From contig JANRIL010000038.1 of assembly GCA_033764955.1 (NCBI GenBank), positions 64,001 to 128,000 of the forward strand: DNA of 64,000 bases, in the 5' to 3' direction. Source of the stretch: Cyanobacteriota bacterium (GTDB lineage Bacteria; Cyanobacteriota; Cyanobacteriia; Thermostichales; Thermostichaceae). This document shows, piece by piece, positions 19,478-30,723 of this stretch (position 1 is the first letter of the stretch; every line of letters starts with the position of its first letter). The position numbers and the translations under genes are program-made. The notes under the pieces were generated by a model. It was not told where the DNA came from. It did not search any database and saw only the letters and a program-made list of their open reading frames with translations.

Positions 19478-22400
19478 CTAGGATGCTGTGCCGCCAACCA
19501 GTGAGCGAATCGTACTCAGCAGATCATCGTTGGAAGTTCGTGCTTTCACCAAGGCCATTGATACCTGCTCTACCACATCCGCTCCCACCTCCTGAGCCGA
19601 AAAAATCACCACTGGGGGCACTGGATATCCCTGATAGTTAAGGAAGGGCAGCAGATCCAGACCGAATCCATCCGAGAGTTGCAGATCGAGAATAACCAAG
19701 TCAAACTCCATCTCCGCCAGCTTGAGTTGAGCTTCCTGGAGGGTTGTGGCTGCCACCAGTTCCGCCACCTCCGCCAAGACTTGCCCGACAATCTGCAAAA
19801 TATCCACATCGTCCTCCACATGCAGAATGCGGGGTTTCCGCGCATACCAGTGGTTGGCTGCTTGTTGCACCGCTTTTAGGAGTCGGTCTTGATCAATCGG
19901 CTTTTCTAGCCAGTCCACCATCGTAATACTGCCCCCCCCCAGTTCGGGTTGGTGCCCCTGCTGAGCATAGGCCGAGACTACAATAATCGGGAGATTTTGT
20001 AAGCTATCAATCTGTCGCAGATCCCGCAAGAGGGAGATGCCATCCTGATCAGGCAGGGCGAGATCAAGGGTCATAGCGGCAAAACGTTGCTGATTTAACC
20101 ATTGCTTAGCCTGGGCAGCGGTGTGGGCAACCTCCGTGGTAAAGCCTGCAGATTTCAACATGAGGCTGAGCAATGTGGCAATATCGGGATCATCTTCACA
20201 GACCAAAATCGGCCCGTGGGTGGAGGGAAGATCCGCATTGACTGGGTGCTGACTGCTGCTTCCTAGAAGGGGCAGTTCAAAGTAAAAGGTTGTGCCTTTG
20301 CCCACTTCCGTCTCAAAGCCAATGGCACCGCCCAACCGCTCGATAATCGCTTTGCTGATGCTTAACCCCAGCCCCGTCCCCCCCTTTTGGCGGGTATCGG
20401 CAGAGTCAGCCTGGGTAAACTTTTGAAATACATAGGGGCGAAAAGCCACCGGGATCCCACTGCCCCGATCCACGACCGAGACGCGCACCTGCTCGCGGTG
20501 AGCCTCTACCCGCACTACCACCTCCGAGTGGGGGGGGGAAAACTTAGCAGCATTGGAGAGCAAATTGGCCATCACCTGCATCAGTCGATTGGCATCGGCA
20601 TTGACTCGCCAAGTCCCATTGGTCTCTAGGCGGTAATTAACACCGAATTGTTGACCATAGGCACGATTAGATTCTACAGATTGTTCCAGAAGAGGGACCA
20701 GGGACAGGGGCTTCAGATCAAAATGCATCTTGCCCGACTCAATCTTTTCGATATCCAAAATGTCATTGATCAACACCACCAACCGCTCACTGTTTTTGTA
20801 GGCGATATCAATTAGGTGTTTGACTTGGGGGGGCAACTCTCCTCCAACTCCTCCGGCAATCAACCCCAACGATCCGCGAATCGAGGTGAGGGGGGTGCGC
20901 AGTTCGTGGCTAACCGTGGAAACAAATTCATTTTTCATCCGCACGATCCGTTGCCGCTCCGTAATATCTCGGTAGCTCCAAACCCGCCCATAGCCTTTAT
21001 CCCCCAACTGTTGGGAAGTAGAATAGCGTTCAAAGACTCGTCCATCTTTTAATTCCACCACATCAAAAGCTTCTTCTTGAAGTTGAAAAAGCTGATTGAT
21101 TCGGGCAATAAACCCCGCCGGATCGAGGGTCTGATCGGCCATAAATTGTAACCGTTCCTGTCGGTAACCGTCGGGATCCATCAAGGGATCCGGGATCCCC
21201 CACATTTCCACAAACTTTCGGTTATAACTAAAAATTTGCCCGCCCCGATCCACCGCTAAAATGCCATCGGCGGTTGACTCCAAAGTACCTTGCAAAAGTA
21301 AGAGTGACTTTTCCAGTTCCCGCTCGGCTTTTTTTCGCTCCGTAATATCTTCAAAAGTACCCTCATAATAAAGAATTTGCCCCTCTTGATTGCGAACAAC
21401 TCGCGCATTTTCCCGCACGGTGATAATCTTGCCATCTCGTCGCCGATAGTCAATTTCTAACCCGCGAATTTCTCCATTGCGCTCCAGATCCTCCTTAAAT
21501 TGTTGACGGCTATAGTAGTGAGGATAGTGAGGATCCTGCTCCAAATTCCAGTCGGCTAGCTCCTGAAAATCTCGACAGGCCATCATTTGAATAATCGCGG
21601 GATTGGCTAGGATGGTTTGGCCATCAGGAGTGGTGCGATAAATACCAATCAGGGTATTTTCAAATAAACCTCGGAACTGTTCTTCATTTTCCCTCAGGGC
21701 TTGCTCAATCGCTTTGCGGCGGGTGATATCTTCCACAAACCCCTCGTAATAGGCAATACTGCCATCGGGATTTTTCACCACCCGCGCACTCTCAGAAATC
21801 CAAATTTTACTACCATCTTTACGATAAACCTGGGATTCAAAATGGGTAATAGTTCCCTGCCCACCCAACACCCGAATAAATTCCTGCCGACGGTGGGGAT
21901 CCACATAGAGGTTTTGGGCAATATTGGTCAAGCTGGCGATCATTTGTTCGGGGGTATCATAGCCATAAATTTGAGCAAGGGCTGGATTGGCACTCAGATA
22001 CGATCCGGTTGGGGTGCTTTGAAAAATTCCCTCCAACGAGTTTTCAAAGATACTGCGAAATTTCATTTCTGCCGCTTGCAGGGCTTGTTCTGCCCGTTGC
22101 CGCTCACTGACATCACGGATCAAACTGAGGATGAGGTGTTGGTTTCCCACCTCCAAGAGACCCACCCGTGCCTCCACCGGAAAGGTGCTGTTGTCTTTGC
22201 GGCGATAGAGGGTTCGCCACGTCATCGGGATCCCAGGTTGTAGGGTTTTCCAGGTCTGCGGAGCGTCGCTTGCGGCATCGCTGATTTCTAGATCCTCCAC
22301 CCGCCGTTGCAGGAGTTCGCCACTGGCATAGCCCAGCATGTCGCAGGTACGGGGATTGACATCAATAATCCGCCCACTAAAGTCGTGCAGGATCATGCCA

Positions 22401-23896
22401 TCGGCGGCTTGCTCCATCAAGCAGCGAAACCGTTCTTCGCTTTGCCGCAGTTCTTCCTCCACTTGCTTGCGTTGCATCTGGGATCCCAGTTGGTCGGCGA
22501 CGGTGGAAACCAACTCCACCAACCGCTGATCCTGTACCCGCGCCGACTCTAAAAAAAATACCAGCACCGCCAACACCTGATGGTTAGCCAAAATCGGCAC
22601 CCCAAAGCAGGCTTTCAAATTGACGCGGCGGGCGATGCGGGCGCGGGAGAAGGTGGCCTCCGGCTGGCTAGAAACATCAGCAATCCAAAGGGGACGCCGT
22701 GCGGCCCAAATTTGCCCCGGCAACCCCTCTCCCACCCCAAAGGTGAGATCGCGGCTGAGCATCCGAAATACCTTCATGCTCTCACTGCTGCCATACCAGG
22801 CGGGACTGAGATTGAGTCGGTTATACCCTGCATTGGGGATCCAAGCCTCGCCAAAATCCCAATCGGTGGCTTGACAAACCTGCCGCAGCACCACGGAGAG
22901 GGCAGAGGTAAAGTCAGAGCATTCGGCAATCGCCTCGGTTGTCTGTTGCAACAGTTGCAGTTCCTGTTCGGCTCGTTTGCGCTCCGTGATATCTTGCACA
23001 ATCGCAAAGGTAAATTCCGCCTGTCCCTGTGCATTTTTGACCACGGTGACCGTCAGATCAATCCAGATGAGTTGGCCATGCTTGGTCAGATAGCGGCGCT
23101 CAGTACGAAAAGCATCGGCCTCTCCCTGACGAATTTGCCGATTGAGGTGCTGATCCCGTTGCTGCTCTTGCGGATCCGGATTGTCGAGATCCTGATAGCT
23201 CATCTGTTGCAATTCGGCGGGGGAGTAGCCCAACATATCGGCATAGGCTTGGTTCACCTCCAGAAACTGGCCGTCCATCGCGGTGATGGTGATACCGACG
23301 CTAGCCTGTTCAAACAACACCCGTAAACGGTGCTCCCGTTCCTGCAAGGCGGCTTCCACCTGCCGTCGCTCCAACACCAAGGCTAAAGCAGAGGTAATAG
23401 CCCGCAACAAATCAATTTCTGTGATATCCCAGGCTTGTGCCTCCAGACAGTTGTCAAACCCAATAAAGCCCCAAAAGCTCCCCCTCACCATCAAGGGTAG
23501 GATCACAATTGCCTGGATCCCCTGCGGCTCCAAAATCTGCCGCTCTACCTCTGGAAAATCAGCAATCACCCCCTCGATCATTTCCCCCGACGAGAGAACC
23601 TGCCACCAACGGGGGATCCAATCTTCGTAGGCGACATTTTGCAGTTGGGGGTTATCCAGCTCAGCAGGGATCCCCAAATTACACCATTCCGCCCGCTGGC
23701 TGGTGAACCAGCGCCCGTTGGCATCCTGATGATTTTCAAACACATAAACACGGCTTGCTCCGGTAACTTGTCCAACCTTTTGCAAAACGGGCTGAAAAGG
23801 ATCCTCGTGGGGTGGCAACGCTAACAACTCTTGCTGGATCTGCACCAGGGTTGAAAGATAATGCTCACGCTGACTGGGGAAGGAGGGCAAACTCAT
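19478..23896 (-). CDS. Hybrid sensor histidine kinase: GAF-PAS-GAF-PASx4-HisKA-HATPase-REC-REC
   Basis: VSHELRTPL H-box, NLLSNAAKF, DRGSGI, GGTGLGL; repeated DITERK PAS ends; two receiver domains (VCEDD, HVEDD). Confidence 0.93.
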   Translation of the reverse strand: MSLPSFPSQREHYLSTLVQIQQELLALPPHEDPFQPVLQKVGQVTGASRVYVFENHQDANGRWFTSQRAEWCNLGIPAELDNPQLQNVAYEDWIPRWWQVLSSGEMIEGVIADFPEVERQILEPQGIQAIVILPLMVRGSFWGFIGFDNCLEAQAWDITEIDLLRAITSALALVLERRQVEAALQEREHRLRVLFEQASVGITITAMDGQFLEVNQAYADMLGYSPAELQQMSYQDLDNPDPQEQQRDQHLNRQIRQGEADAFRTERRYLTKHGQLIWIDLTVTVVKNAQGQAEFTFAIVQDITERKRAEQELQLLQQTTEAIAECSDFTSALSVVLRQVCQATDWDFGEAWIPNAGYNRLNLSPAWYGSSESMKVFRMLSRDLTFGVGEGLPGQIWAARRPLWIADVSSQPEATFSRARIARRVNLKACFGVPILANHQVLAVLVFFLESARVQDQRLVELVSTVADQLGSQMQRKQVEEELRQSEERFRCLMEQAADGMILHDFSGRIIDVNPRTCDMLGYASGELLQRRVEDLEISDAASDAPQTWKTLQPGIPMTWRTLYRRKDNSTFPVEARVGLLEVGNQHLILSLIRDVSERQRAEQALQAAEMKFRSIFENSLEGIFQSTPTGSYLSANPALAQIYGYDTPEQMIASLTNIAQNLYVDPHRRQEFIRVLGGQGTITHFESQVYRKDGSKIWISESARVVKNPDGSIAYYEGFVEDITRRKAIEQALRENEEQFRGLFENTLIGIYRTTPDGQTILANPAIIQMMACRDFQELADWNLEQDPHYPHYYSRQQFKEDLERNGEIRGLEIDYRRRDGKIITVRENARVVRNQEGQILYYEGTFEDITERKKAERELEKSLLLLQGTLESTADGILAVDRGGQIFSYNRKFVEMWGIPDPLMDPDGYRQERLQFMADQTLDPAGFIARINQLFQLQEEAFDVVELKDGRVFERYSTSQQLGDKGYGRVWSYRDITERQRIVRMKNEFVSTVSHELRTPLTSIRGSLGLIAGGVGGELPPQVKHLIDIAYKNSERLVVLINDILDIEKIESGKMHFDLKPLSLVPLLEQSVESNRAYGQQFGVNYRLETNGTWRVNADANRLMQVMANLLSNAAKFSPPHSEVVVRVEAHREQVRVSVVDRGSGIPVAFRPYVFQKFTQADSADTRQKGGTGLGLSISKAIIERLGGAIGFETEVGKGTTFYFELPLLGSSSQHPVNADLPSTHGPILVCEDDPDIATLLSLMLKSAGFTTEVAHTAAQAKQWLNQQRFAAMTLDLALPDQDGISLLRDLRQIDSLQNLPIIVVSAYAQQGHQPELGGGSITMVDWLEKPIDQDRLLKAVQQAANHWYARKPRILHVEDDVDILQIVGQVLAEVAELVAATTLQEAQLKLAEMEFDLVILDLQLSDGFGLDLLPFLNYQGYPVPPVVIFSAQEVGADVVEQVSMALVKARTSNDDLLSTIRSLVGGTAS

Positions 23897-24124
23897 GGGC
23901 AGTGTTGAGGAGCAGAAATGAAATCAAGCGCTGGGAGCCAGCGGAAGCAATTGGCAAAACCATCTCTGGATCAATCACTATCAATCAACTGACTGAAGAT
24001 GGCTAAACAAACTTGCTATCGATTGTGGCATCGCTAGTCTAATTATTGGGGAAAAACTGACGGCATCTCGTGATCCCTGCCCCTAGCTTCTCCCTACCTC
24101 TTCCCTCTCCTGAGAGCTAGCCCT

Positions 24125-25135
24125 TCAGCCCACAGAGGATCCCTCGGCTGGCTTGCCTGCGCCTAGTCGCTGGGCAAAATCAGGGATGGTCATTTCTAAC
24201 CCTTTTACCAAAGGAATCTGGGGTTGCCAATTTAGCCACGCTTTCGCTCTCGAAATATCTGGACGGCGTTGTTTGGGATCATCACTGGGCAAGGGGTGGT
24301 AGATGATCTGGCTGGTGGTTCCGGTTAATTGCTGCACCAATGCCGCTAATTGATTGACCGTAAATTCATCGGGGTTGCCCAGATTGCAAGGGCCTGTATA
24401 AGAACTCGCCATCAACCGCATCAATCCCTCCACCAAATCAGCCACATAACAAAAACTGCGGGTTTGGGATCCATCTCCATAGACCGTCAGATCGTCCCCC
24501 CGCAACGCCTGCACAATAAAGTTACTGACGACACGGCCATCTTCCAAATTCATCGTCGGCCCGTAGGTATTAAAAATGCGGGCGACGGCGATATCCACCT
24601 GATGCTGGCGATGATAGTCAAACATCAAGGTTTCGGAAACCCGCTTGCCCTCGTCATAACAGGCGCGGATGCCAATTGGGTTGACATTGCCCCAATAGTC
24701 TTCCGGTTGCGGATGGACGGTGGGATCCCCATAAACCTCTGAGGTGGAGGCAAACAGTAGACGGGATCCCGTTTTTTGGGCTAGTTCCAGCATATTGAGT
24801 GTCCCCAAGACGCTGGTTTTGATGGTTTGAATGGGATCTTTTTGATAATGCACCGGAGAAGCCGGACAAGCCAGGTGATAGATCTGGTCCAGGTGGTCTA
24901 ACCAGGTGCAAGTGGCTAGGGGAGAGGTGGCGATGGGCTGGGTGACATCCTGCTGCCAAAACTGAAAATTGGCCTGATCGCGGTGGCTGACCAGATTGGT
25001 TTGCCGACCCGTCGAGCAGTTGTCGAGGGCAATAACCCGCTCTCCGGCACTCACCAGCCGTTGCACAAGATGAGTGCCAATAAATCCGGCAGCTCCGGTC
25101 ACCAGAATCGTTTTGGGCTGAGGATGGGTTGACAT
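24125..25135 (-). CDS. UDP-glucuronate decarboxylase (UXS family SDR)
   Basis: [37 protein letters not shown]. Confidence 0.93.
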   Translation of the reverse strand: MSTHPQPKTILVTGAAGFIGTHLVQRLVSAGERVIALDNCSTGRQTNLVSHRDQANFQFWQQDVTQPIATSPLATCTWLDHLDQIYHLACPASPVHYQKDPIQTIKTSVLGTLNMLELAQKTGSRLLFASTSEVYGDPTVHPQPEDYWGNVNPIGIRACYDEGKRVSETLMFDYHRQHQVDIAVARIFNTYGPTMNLEDGRVVSNFIVQALRGDDLTVYGDGSQTRSFCYVADLVEGLMRLMASSYTGPCNLGNPDEFTVNQLAALVQQLTGTTSQIIYHPLPSDDPKQRRPDISRAKAWLNWQPQIPLVKGLEMTIPDFAQRLGAGKPAEGSSVG

Positions 25136-25160
25136 AGGTAGGGATGAAGGAAAGTAAAGG

Positions 25161-26573
25161 TCAGCGACCGACTCCGATATAGACAAAACCGGCTGCCTCC
25201 AGCGTGGCTCGATTTAAGGCATTCCGCCCATCCACCAGCACGGGACGCCGCATCTGACTGGCGATAGCCACCCAATCCAGGGTTTGAAAGGCTGACCACT
25301 CGGTCACCAGCACCAACGCATCACAATCTTGCGCCAGCGCCATCGGGTTAGCTTCTAGGGTAAAAGTCGGCCAATCGGGTGGAATCCCATCTGGGGTGAT
25401 CACGGGATCAAAACCTTTGACTTTAGCCCCCAGCTTACTGAGTTGTTGAATCAGCGTTAAGGCAGGGGCATCCCGCAGATCATCGGTATTTGGCTTAAAG
25501 GTCAGCCCCAATAATCCCACAGTTTTGCCCTTTAATACCTTCAACAATTGCTGGAGTTTTTCAATCACCCGTTGCCGTTGATCCTGGTTGACGGCGATAA
25601 CCGATTCCAGAATGCGGGCTTGATAGCCATAGTCCGACGCTGTTCGCAAGAGGGCGGAAATATCTTTCGGAAAGCAACTGCCCCCCCAACCCAAGCCAGC
25701 GTTAAGAAACTTGCTGCCAATTCGGGAGTCCAGCCCGATCCCTAGCGCCACCTGCTGCACATCACCCCCCACTCGTTCACAGATATTGGCGATCTCGTTG
25801 ATAAAACTAATTTTGGTGGCCAGCAGGGCGTTGGCGGCATATTTGATCATCTCTGCCGAGGCTAGATCCGTCACCACAAACGGTACCGGATCCCGTTGTG
25901 GATCCTCGGCAAACCGCCGTTGCACAATCGGCTCATACAGTTGTCGCATCAGGTCAATCGCTCGGCCACTGCTGGATCCCACCACAATCCGGTCGGGGTT
26001 AAAGGTATCCCAAATGGCGCTGCCTTCCCGCAAAAACTCAGGATTGCTGACCACATCAAACTGGGGCAAATCTGCCAGCGCCAGCGTGGCTGTTGGGGAT
26101 CCCTTGCTCGGTTGTCCAACTTCGGCGACATTCTCCACCGGTGAGCGCCCCTGAGCGGCTCCATCCAGCAGGATCATACGTACCCAATCGCCGGAACCAA
26201 TCGGCACAGTGGATTTGTTAACAATCACCCGATAGCGCCCATCCAGATGGCGACCAATGGCACGGGCTGCCGATTCCACATAGCGCAGATCGGGATCCCC
26301 ACTGGGCAGGGCGGGGGTGCCTACTGCGATAAAAATCACATCCGCCTGGGGAATAGCGCTGGCGAGTTCTGTGGTAAACGAGAGCCGTTGTGCCGCCACG
26401 GAATGGAGGACAATTGCTTCTAGCCCCGGCTCATAAATGGGCATCTTGCCCTGTTGCAGGGAGCTAACTTTAGCCGGATTGTTGTCGATGCAGATCACGC
26501 GGTGACCAATTTCCGCCAGACAGGCTCCGGTAACTAATCCAACATAGCCAGTGCCAACAACAGCAATATTCAT
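25161..26573 (-). CDS. ugd: UDP-glucose 6-dehydrogenase
   Basis: [37 protein letters not shown]. Confidence 0.95.
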   Translation of the reverse strand: MNIAVVGTGYVGLVTGACLAEIGHRVICIDNNPAKVSSLQQGKMPIYEPGLEAIVLHSVAAQRLSFTTELASAIPQADVIFIAVGTPALPSGDPDLRYVESAARAIGRHLDGRYRVIVNKSTVPIGSGDWVRMILLDGAAQGRSPVENVAEVGQPSKGSPTATLALADLPQFDVVSNPEFLREGSAIWDTFNPDRIVVGSSSGRAIDLMRQLYEPIVQRRFAEDPQRDPVPFVVTDLASAEMIKYAANALLATKISFINEIANICERVGGDVQQVALGIGLDSRIGSKFLNAGLGWGGSCFPKDISALLRTASDYGYQARILESVIAVNQDQRQRVIEKLQQLLKVLKGKTVGLLGLTFKPNTDDLRDAPALTLIQQLSKLGAKVKGFDPVITPDGIPPDWPTFTLEANPMALAQDCDALVLVTEWSAFQTLDWVAIASQMRRPVLVDGRNALNRATLEAAGFVYIGVGR

Positions 26574-26756
26574 GGGAAGTTGCTCACGTGGGGTGTACAA
26601 GATGGCGCTAAAAGGTTCAAGCAAAAGGGATCCTTGGCTCAACCGTCAGCTATCCTGTTCAGGATTGCGGGATAGGCTAGCACCCTTTAGGCTGGTTGTC
26701 GGTGATTTCGTCACTTTACTAGAATTTTTTGCTCGACGGTCAAGCAAAGTCAGCCT

Positions 26757-27569
26757 ATGTCTAAAATTCACTTCTCTCTCGTATCTTCTTGGTGGCGTCA
26801 ATGCCTTACCCTGCTGGGGGTTAACTATGCCTACATGGTGGAGTATCGGGCTGAGCTGATCCTTTGGGTATTAGCGGGATCCCTACCGTTGATTTTGATG
26901 GGAGCCTGGACAAAAGCCGCTCAGGAGGGAAATTTTGGTTTAGAGTCTGGCCAGTTTGTCCGCTATTTTTTGGCGGTTTTTTTGGTGCGTCAGCTCACGA
27001 TTGTTTGGGTGATCTGGGATTTTGAAAAGGAGGTGGTGGAGGGTAAGTTATCCAGCCGCTTGCTACAACCCCTCGATCCGGCTTGGCATCACCTCGCTGC
27101 CCACCTATCGGAGCGGTTGGTGCGGATCCCTTTTACCTTTTTATTAGTGGGTCTATTTTTCTGGGTCTATCCCCAAGCCTTTTGGATGCCGGATGGACAA
27201 ACTATCCTATGGGCAATTCTGGCAATTATGCTGGCTTTTGCCCTACGTTTTGTTATTCAATATACGTTTGCTCTCTTTGCCTTTTGGACAGAACGAGCGG
27301 CGGCTTTGGAAGAAGTTTGGTTCATGGTTTATCTGTTTTTGTCAGGCTTGATTGCTCCTCTAGAGGTTTTTCCACCCATTTTGCGGGAGATAATTTTGTG
27401 GACGCCTTTTCCCTATATGGTCAATTTTCCCGCCAGCATTTTAGCCGGGATCCCGGTCTCTCTGGGGAAAGGATTTGGTGTGTCCCTAGGCTGGTTAGTC
27501 GCTTTTGGGCTATGGAATCGTTGGCTATGGCGAAAAGGTCTTAAACACTATTCGGGCATGGGGGCATGA
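26757..27569 (+). CDS. ABC-2 family transporter permease
   Basis: EYRAELILW, EGKLSSRLLQPLDP, LSGLIAPLE, HYSGMGA. Confidence 0.88.
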   Translation: MSKIHFSLVSSWWRQCLTLLGVNYAYMVEYRAELILWVLAGSLPLILMGAWTKAAQEGNFGLESGQFVRYFLAVFLVRQLTIVWVIWDFEKEVVEGKLSSRLLQPLDPAWHHLAAHLSERLVRIPFTFLLVGLFFWVYPQAFWMPDGQTILWAILAIMLAFALRFVIQYTFALFAFWTERAAALEEVWFMVYLFLSGLIAPLEVFPPILREIILWTPFPYMVNFPASILAGIPVSLGKGFGVSLGWLVAFGLWNRWLWRKGLKHYSGMGA

Positions 27570-27575
27570 AGACTA

Positions 27576-27851
27576 TCAGGACTCGCCTGACAGCGAGGGA
27601 GAATGGCGATAAAGCAGGTCTTTTAATAAGGTTAACGCTTCTCGATCAAAGTTATTGTGAAGAATAGCCTCTTGCAGAAATTGTTTTTCAGCTTCGCTAA
27701 TCTGGCCATCTTGTAGAATAATTGTTTTTAATCCATCGGCTTCAAAGCGATCAATCATATTGTCATCTTCCAGGAAAAAGGCAAGGGCAGCCCGTAGATT
27801 GGCAATGTGAGTTTCAGAAACAGCAGCGTCTAATGATTCGGAAGCAGACAT
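27576..27851 (-). CDS. Small acidic hypothetical protein
   Basis: 91-aa ORF; DGQISEAEKQFL repeat-like motif; GGAGGA RBS. Confidence 0.7.
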   Translation of the reverse strand: MSASESLDAAVSETHIANLRAALAFFLEDDNMIDRFEADGLKTIILQDGQISEAEKQFLQEAILHNNFDREALTLLKDLLYRHSPSLSGES

Positions 27852-27928
27852 CAGGGATCCTCCATCGGTTTTGTCAGTAAATTTCCGCTAGGTTTATAGG
27901 GTTTTTATCGATCTTTTTCAGAGATCTT

Positions 27929-29209
27929 TTATGGAGCAAGGGTCAAACTAAGGAGAGCGGATAAGGAGCAGTCAGGGATCCCGTAGGTGGCTAACTGAGC
28001 CAAAGCTTTTGGGTTTTCTGATGGTAAGGGGGTGTGGTAGATCGATTGTTTGAGTGAAGATGAACTTAAGTTGAGGGTTTCTAGATTAAAGTAACTAATT
28101 TCTGGATAATTAGTGGGGGAATCCTCCCGAATATCTATCTGCTCAGTAGCCTGGTTAACTAGCCACTCCATGATAATACTTGACACCAAAGATTCGGGAT
28201 CCAGTAAGGATTGGTCTATATTAGCCTGCGGATCACCTGAGGAGTTGCTGACATCAATCCAAAGGCAAAACTGTTGGGGTTGTGGATGATGGCATAAAGC
28301 AGATAATACCGTCTTCAGTTGCTCGATTTGCTGATTTACTGGTATTTGCCAATCGGGTGTAATCATGAGATGAATCCGCTCGTCTGCCAATACTAATGGG
28401 GGGGATCCCGTTAGTGTGGCTGGACGGGCTATCTCTTGGATAGAAGCCCAATACTCCTCTCTTGAAATCTGGAAATAGCCCTGAGTTGGAATATGAAATT
28501 CATCAGGGGTTTCGCTTTTTTGCAGTGCCACATACAACATTGAATGACGTGGCATCCGCTGCTCCTGGTGCCATAGTCCCTGAAGGGCTTTTCGGACATC
28601 CTCTTGATCCTTTATTTCTACAAACCGCTGCGAATCAAATTCAAACAAAAAGGTGAGCATTCGATAATGGTTACTGGCGGCCATATCCCAATAGAGGGTA
28701 GGATTAAAATTATAGAATCCATGATCAATCCAGCCAATAAAAGGCATTCCATGCAGCATCAATCCCTGTGGTTTAGTCAGATCATGCATGGTCTTGAAAA
28801 ACTGAGCAATATTAAATATATGCTCACCCGTTCCTAGGTTGATAGTAACGTCAAATTGCTGGTCGAGGTTGACAGGCTGATTGAGATCAAATGGATACGC
28901 ATCAAGAGTCCCATGCAGGTCAATGGCGGAGATTGATTTATAGTTGATCAATGATTTATAGACAATTTTAGCAATATCGAAGTTCCGTTTTTTACTGGGA
29001 TCCTGTTGCACCTTATCCAGTTTTGCTAGCAATTCGCTTTGCAATTCGGGATCCGCCACTCGCTTGCGAATATCCTCAGTCAATGTCTCCAAAGAAACAT
29101 CGCCATGCCAATGCTGTTCACCAAACTCTAAAACATCGGCAGAGTCAGGAAATAACTTTCGCTGATACAATGTGGATAAAAACTGATATTCAATAATCGA
29201 GATTGCCAT
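27929..29209 (-). CDS. Putative SAM-dependent methyltransferase-like protein with cyanobacterial C-terminal domain
   Basis: VLEFGEQ, DLNQP, FDVTINLGTGEHIFN, DHGFYNFNP; C-terminal I.PDW...L.ID motif. Confidence 0.7.
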   Translation of the reverse strand: MAISIIEYQFLSTLYQRKLFPDSADVLEFGEQHWHGDVSLETLTEDIRKRVADPELQSELLAKLDKVQQDPSKKRNFDIAKIVYKSLINYKSISAIDLHGTLDAYPFDLNQPVNLDQQFDVTINLGTGEHIFNIAQFFKTMHDLTKPQGLMLHGMPFIGWIDHGFYNFNPTLYWDMAASNHYRMLTFLFEFDSQRFVEIKDQEDVRKALQGLWHQEQRMPRHSMLYVALQKSETPDEFHIPTQGYFQISREEYWASIQEIARPATLTGSPPLVLADERIHLMITPDWQIPVNQQIEQLKTVLSALCHHPQPQQFCLWIDVSNSSGDPQANIDQSLLDPESLVSSIIMEWLVNQATEQIDIREDSPTNYPEISYFNLETLNLSSSSLKQSIYHTPLPSENPKALAQLATYGIPDCSLSALLSLTLAP

Positions 29210-29361
29210 AAACCATTCAGCATAGGTTGCTTGCAGTATACTACCCCCCTATTTCCCATTGAATCCAACGGGGATCTCTTAACTGCCTGCCTTCCCCGTC
29301 TTCGTTCGCCGACATCAGCCTTAACCCCTACACCGCCCACAACCAACCGCATGGATCAGTT

Positions 29362-30723
29362 ATGGATCCCCTTTTTTTAGGCATTGATTTGGGTACATCC
29401 GGTTTACGGGTAGTGGCTCTCAACACGGAGGGATCCCTGGTGGGGCAGGTTAGCCAATCCCTAACTTCAGTGCAGCCTGATGAGTGGATAGCTACCTTGC
29501 GAGGGTTATGGCAGGAGTTGTCAGAACAAGTTGGGGGTCATTATCAAGCGGTTGCGGTAAGCGCTTGCAGCACCTCCGGTTCGATTGTGCCCATTGATCG
29601 AGAGGGAAAACCCGTTTTTGAGGCTCTGCTTTATCACGACTCACGCGGGCAGAGCCAAGCCCGCGCCCACGAGATTCCTACAAGCTGGGGCTTAGGGCGC
29701 TGGCTGTGGTGGCAGGAAACCCATCCGGTGCTGGCCCAAACTAGCTATCTGGCTCATCCCAGCGATGTCTTACTGACGGCGTTAGGGGGGGAACCCAGAG
29801 TCACCGATCATACGTCGGCCTTAAAAAGTGGGTTTGATCCGGTGGGCTATTGTTGGGGCTGGTCAGGGATCCCCACCCTGGACTGGCAGCCGTTCCCCCG
29901 TGTGGTGGCTCCTGCTACCCCAATTGGCTATCTGCGGGAGGAATGGCGGTGGGGGTCGGCCAAAACCCTGATCGTGGCGGGCATCACCGATGGCTGCGCC
30001 GGACAACTGGCGAGTGGGGCAGTGGCTGCCGGACAGGTGGCGGTCTCGTTGGGCACAACCCTGATTTTCAAGGGGGTCAGTCACCATCCCCTGCAAACCC
30101 AGGATGGCAGCGTTTATTCCCATCTGCATCCGGATCGGCAAACCTGGCTACCCGGAGCCGCTTCCTGTGCTGGCGGAGGATCCCTGCCACACCATTTCCC
30201 CGATCAAGAGTGGCGGGTTTGGGATGAACAGGCGATGCGCCATCTTCCCACAGGCGAAATTATCTATCCACTCTGGCAACCTGGGGAACGCTTTCCGGTC
30301 ACCAGTCCTAATTTTTTTGGGTTTTCCTCCCTTGGGGATCCCCGCTCTAGTCGGGGCTATGCGGCTCTGCTGGAGGGAGTTGGTTTTGTGGAAAAACTGG
30401 GGATCGAACGCCTGCAACAGTTGGGACTTATCCCCCAAAGTCCGATTTTGGCCACAGGGGGAGGATGCCGTAGTCCGCTTTGGCTGAGGATTCGCGCCAG
30501 TATTCTCAATCGCCCCCTGCAAGTTCCTCAATACCCTCAACCCGCTGTAGGAGCCGCCATCCTAGGAGCAGCCGCTTGGTGGCAATGTTCGGTGAGGGAG
30601 GCCAGTCAACGCTTGGTTAAGCAGGGTCAGCACATCGATCCCGTTGCCGCCTGGGTGGATCCCTATGGTGAGGCTTATCGCACCTTTTGTCAGCGTCTGC
30701 GCTCCCTAGGGCTATGGGATTAA
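29362..30723 (+). CDS. FGGY-family carbohydrate kinase
   Basis: LGIDLGTSG, GITDGCA, SLGTTL, GERFP, TGGG. Confidence 0.92.
   Translation: MDPLFLGIDLGTSGLRVVALNTEGSLVGQVSQSLTSVQPDEWIATLRGLWQELSEQVGGHYQAVAVSACSTSGSIVPIDREGKPVFEALLYHDSRGQSQARAHEIPTSWGLGRWLWWQETHPVLAQTSYLAHPSDVLLTALGGEPRVTDHTSALKSGFDPVGYCWGWSGIPTLDWQPFPRVVAPATPIGYLREEWRWGSAKTLIVAGITDGCAGQLASGAVAAGQVAVSLGTTLIFKGVSHHPLQTQDGSVYSHLHPDRQTWLPGAASCAGGGSLPHHFPDQEWRVWDEQAMRHLPTGEIIYPLWQPGERFPVTSPNFFGFSSLGDPRSSRGYAALLEGVGFVEKLGIERLQQLGLIPQSPILATGGGCRSPLWLRIRASILNRPLQVPQYPQPAVGAAILGAAAWWQCSVREASQRLVKQGQHIDPVAAWVDPYGEAYRTFCQRLRSLGLWD

Noticed and set aside
19478..23896. Kinase as a cyanobacteriochrome or LOV photoreceptor
   Set aside because: No bilin-binding DxCF/CH motif in the GAFs and no GxNCRFLQ in the PAS domains
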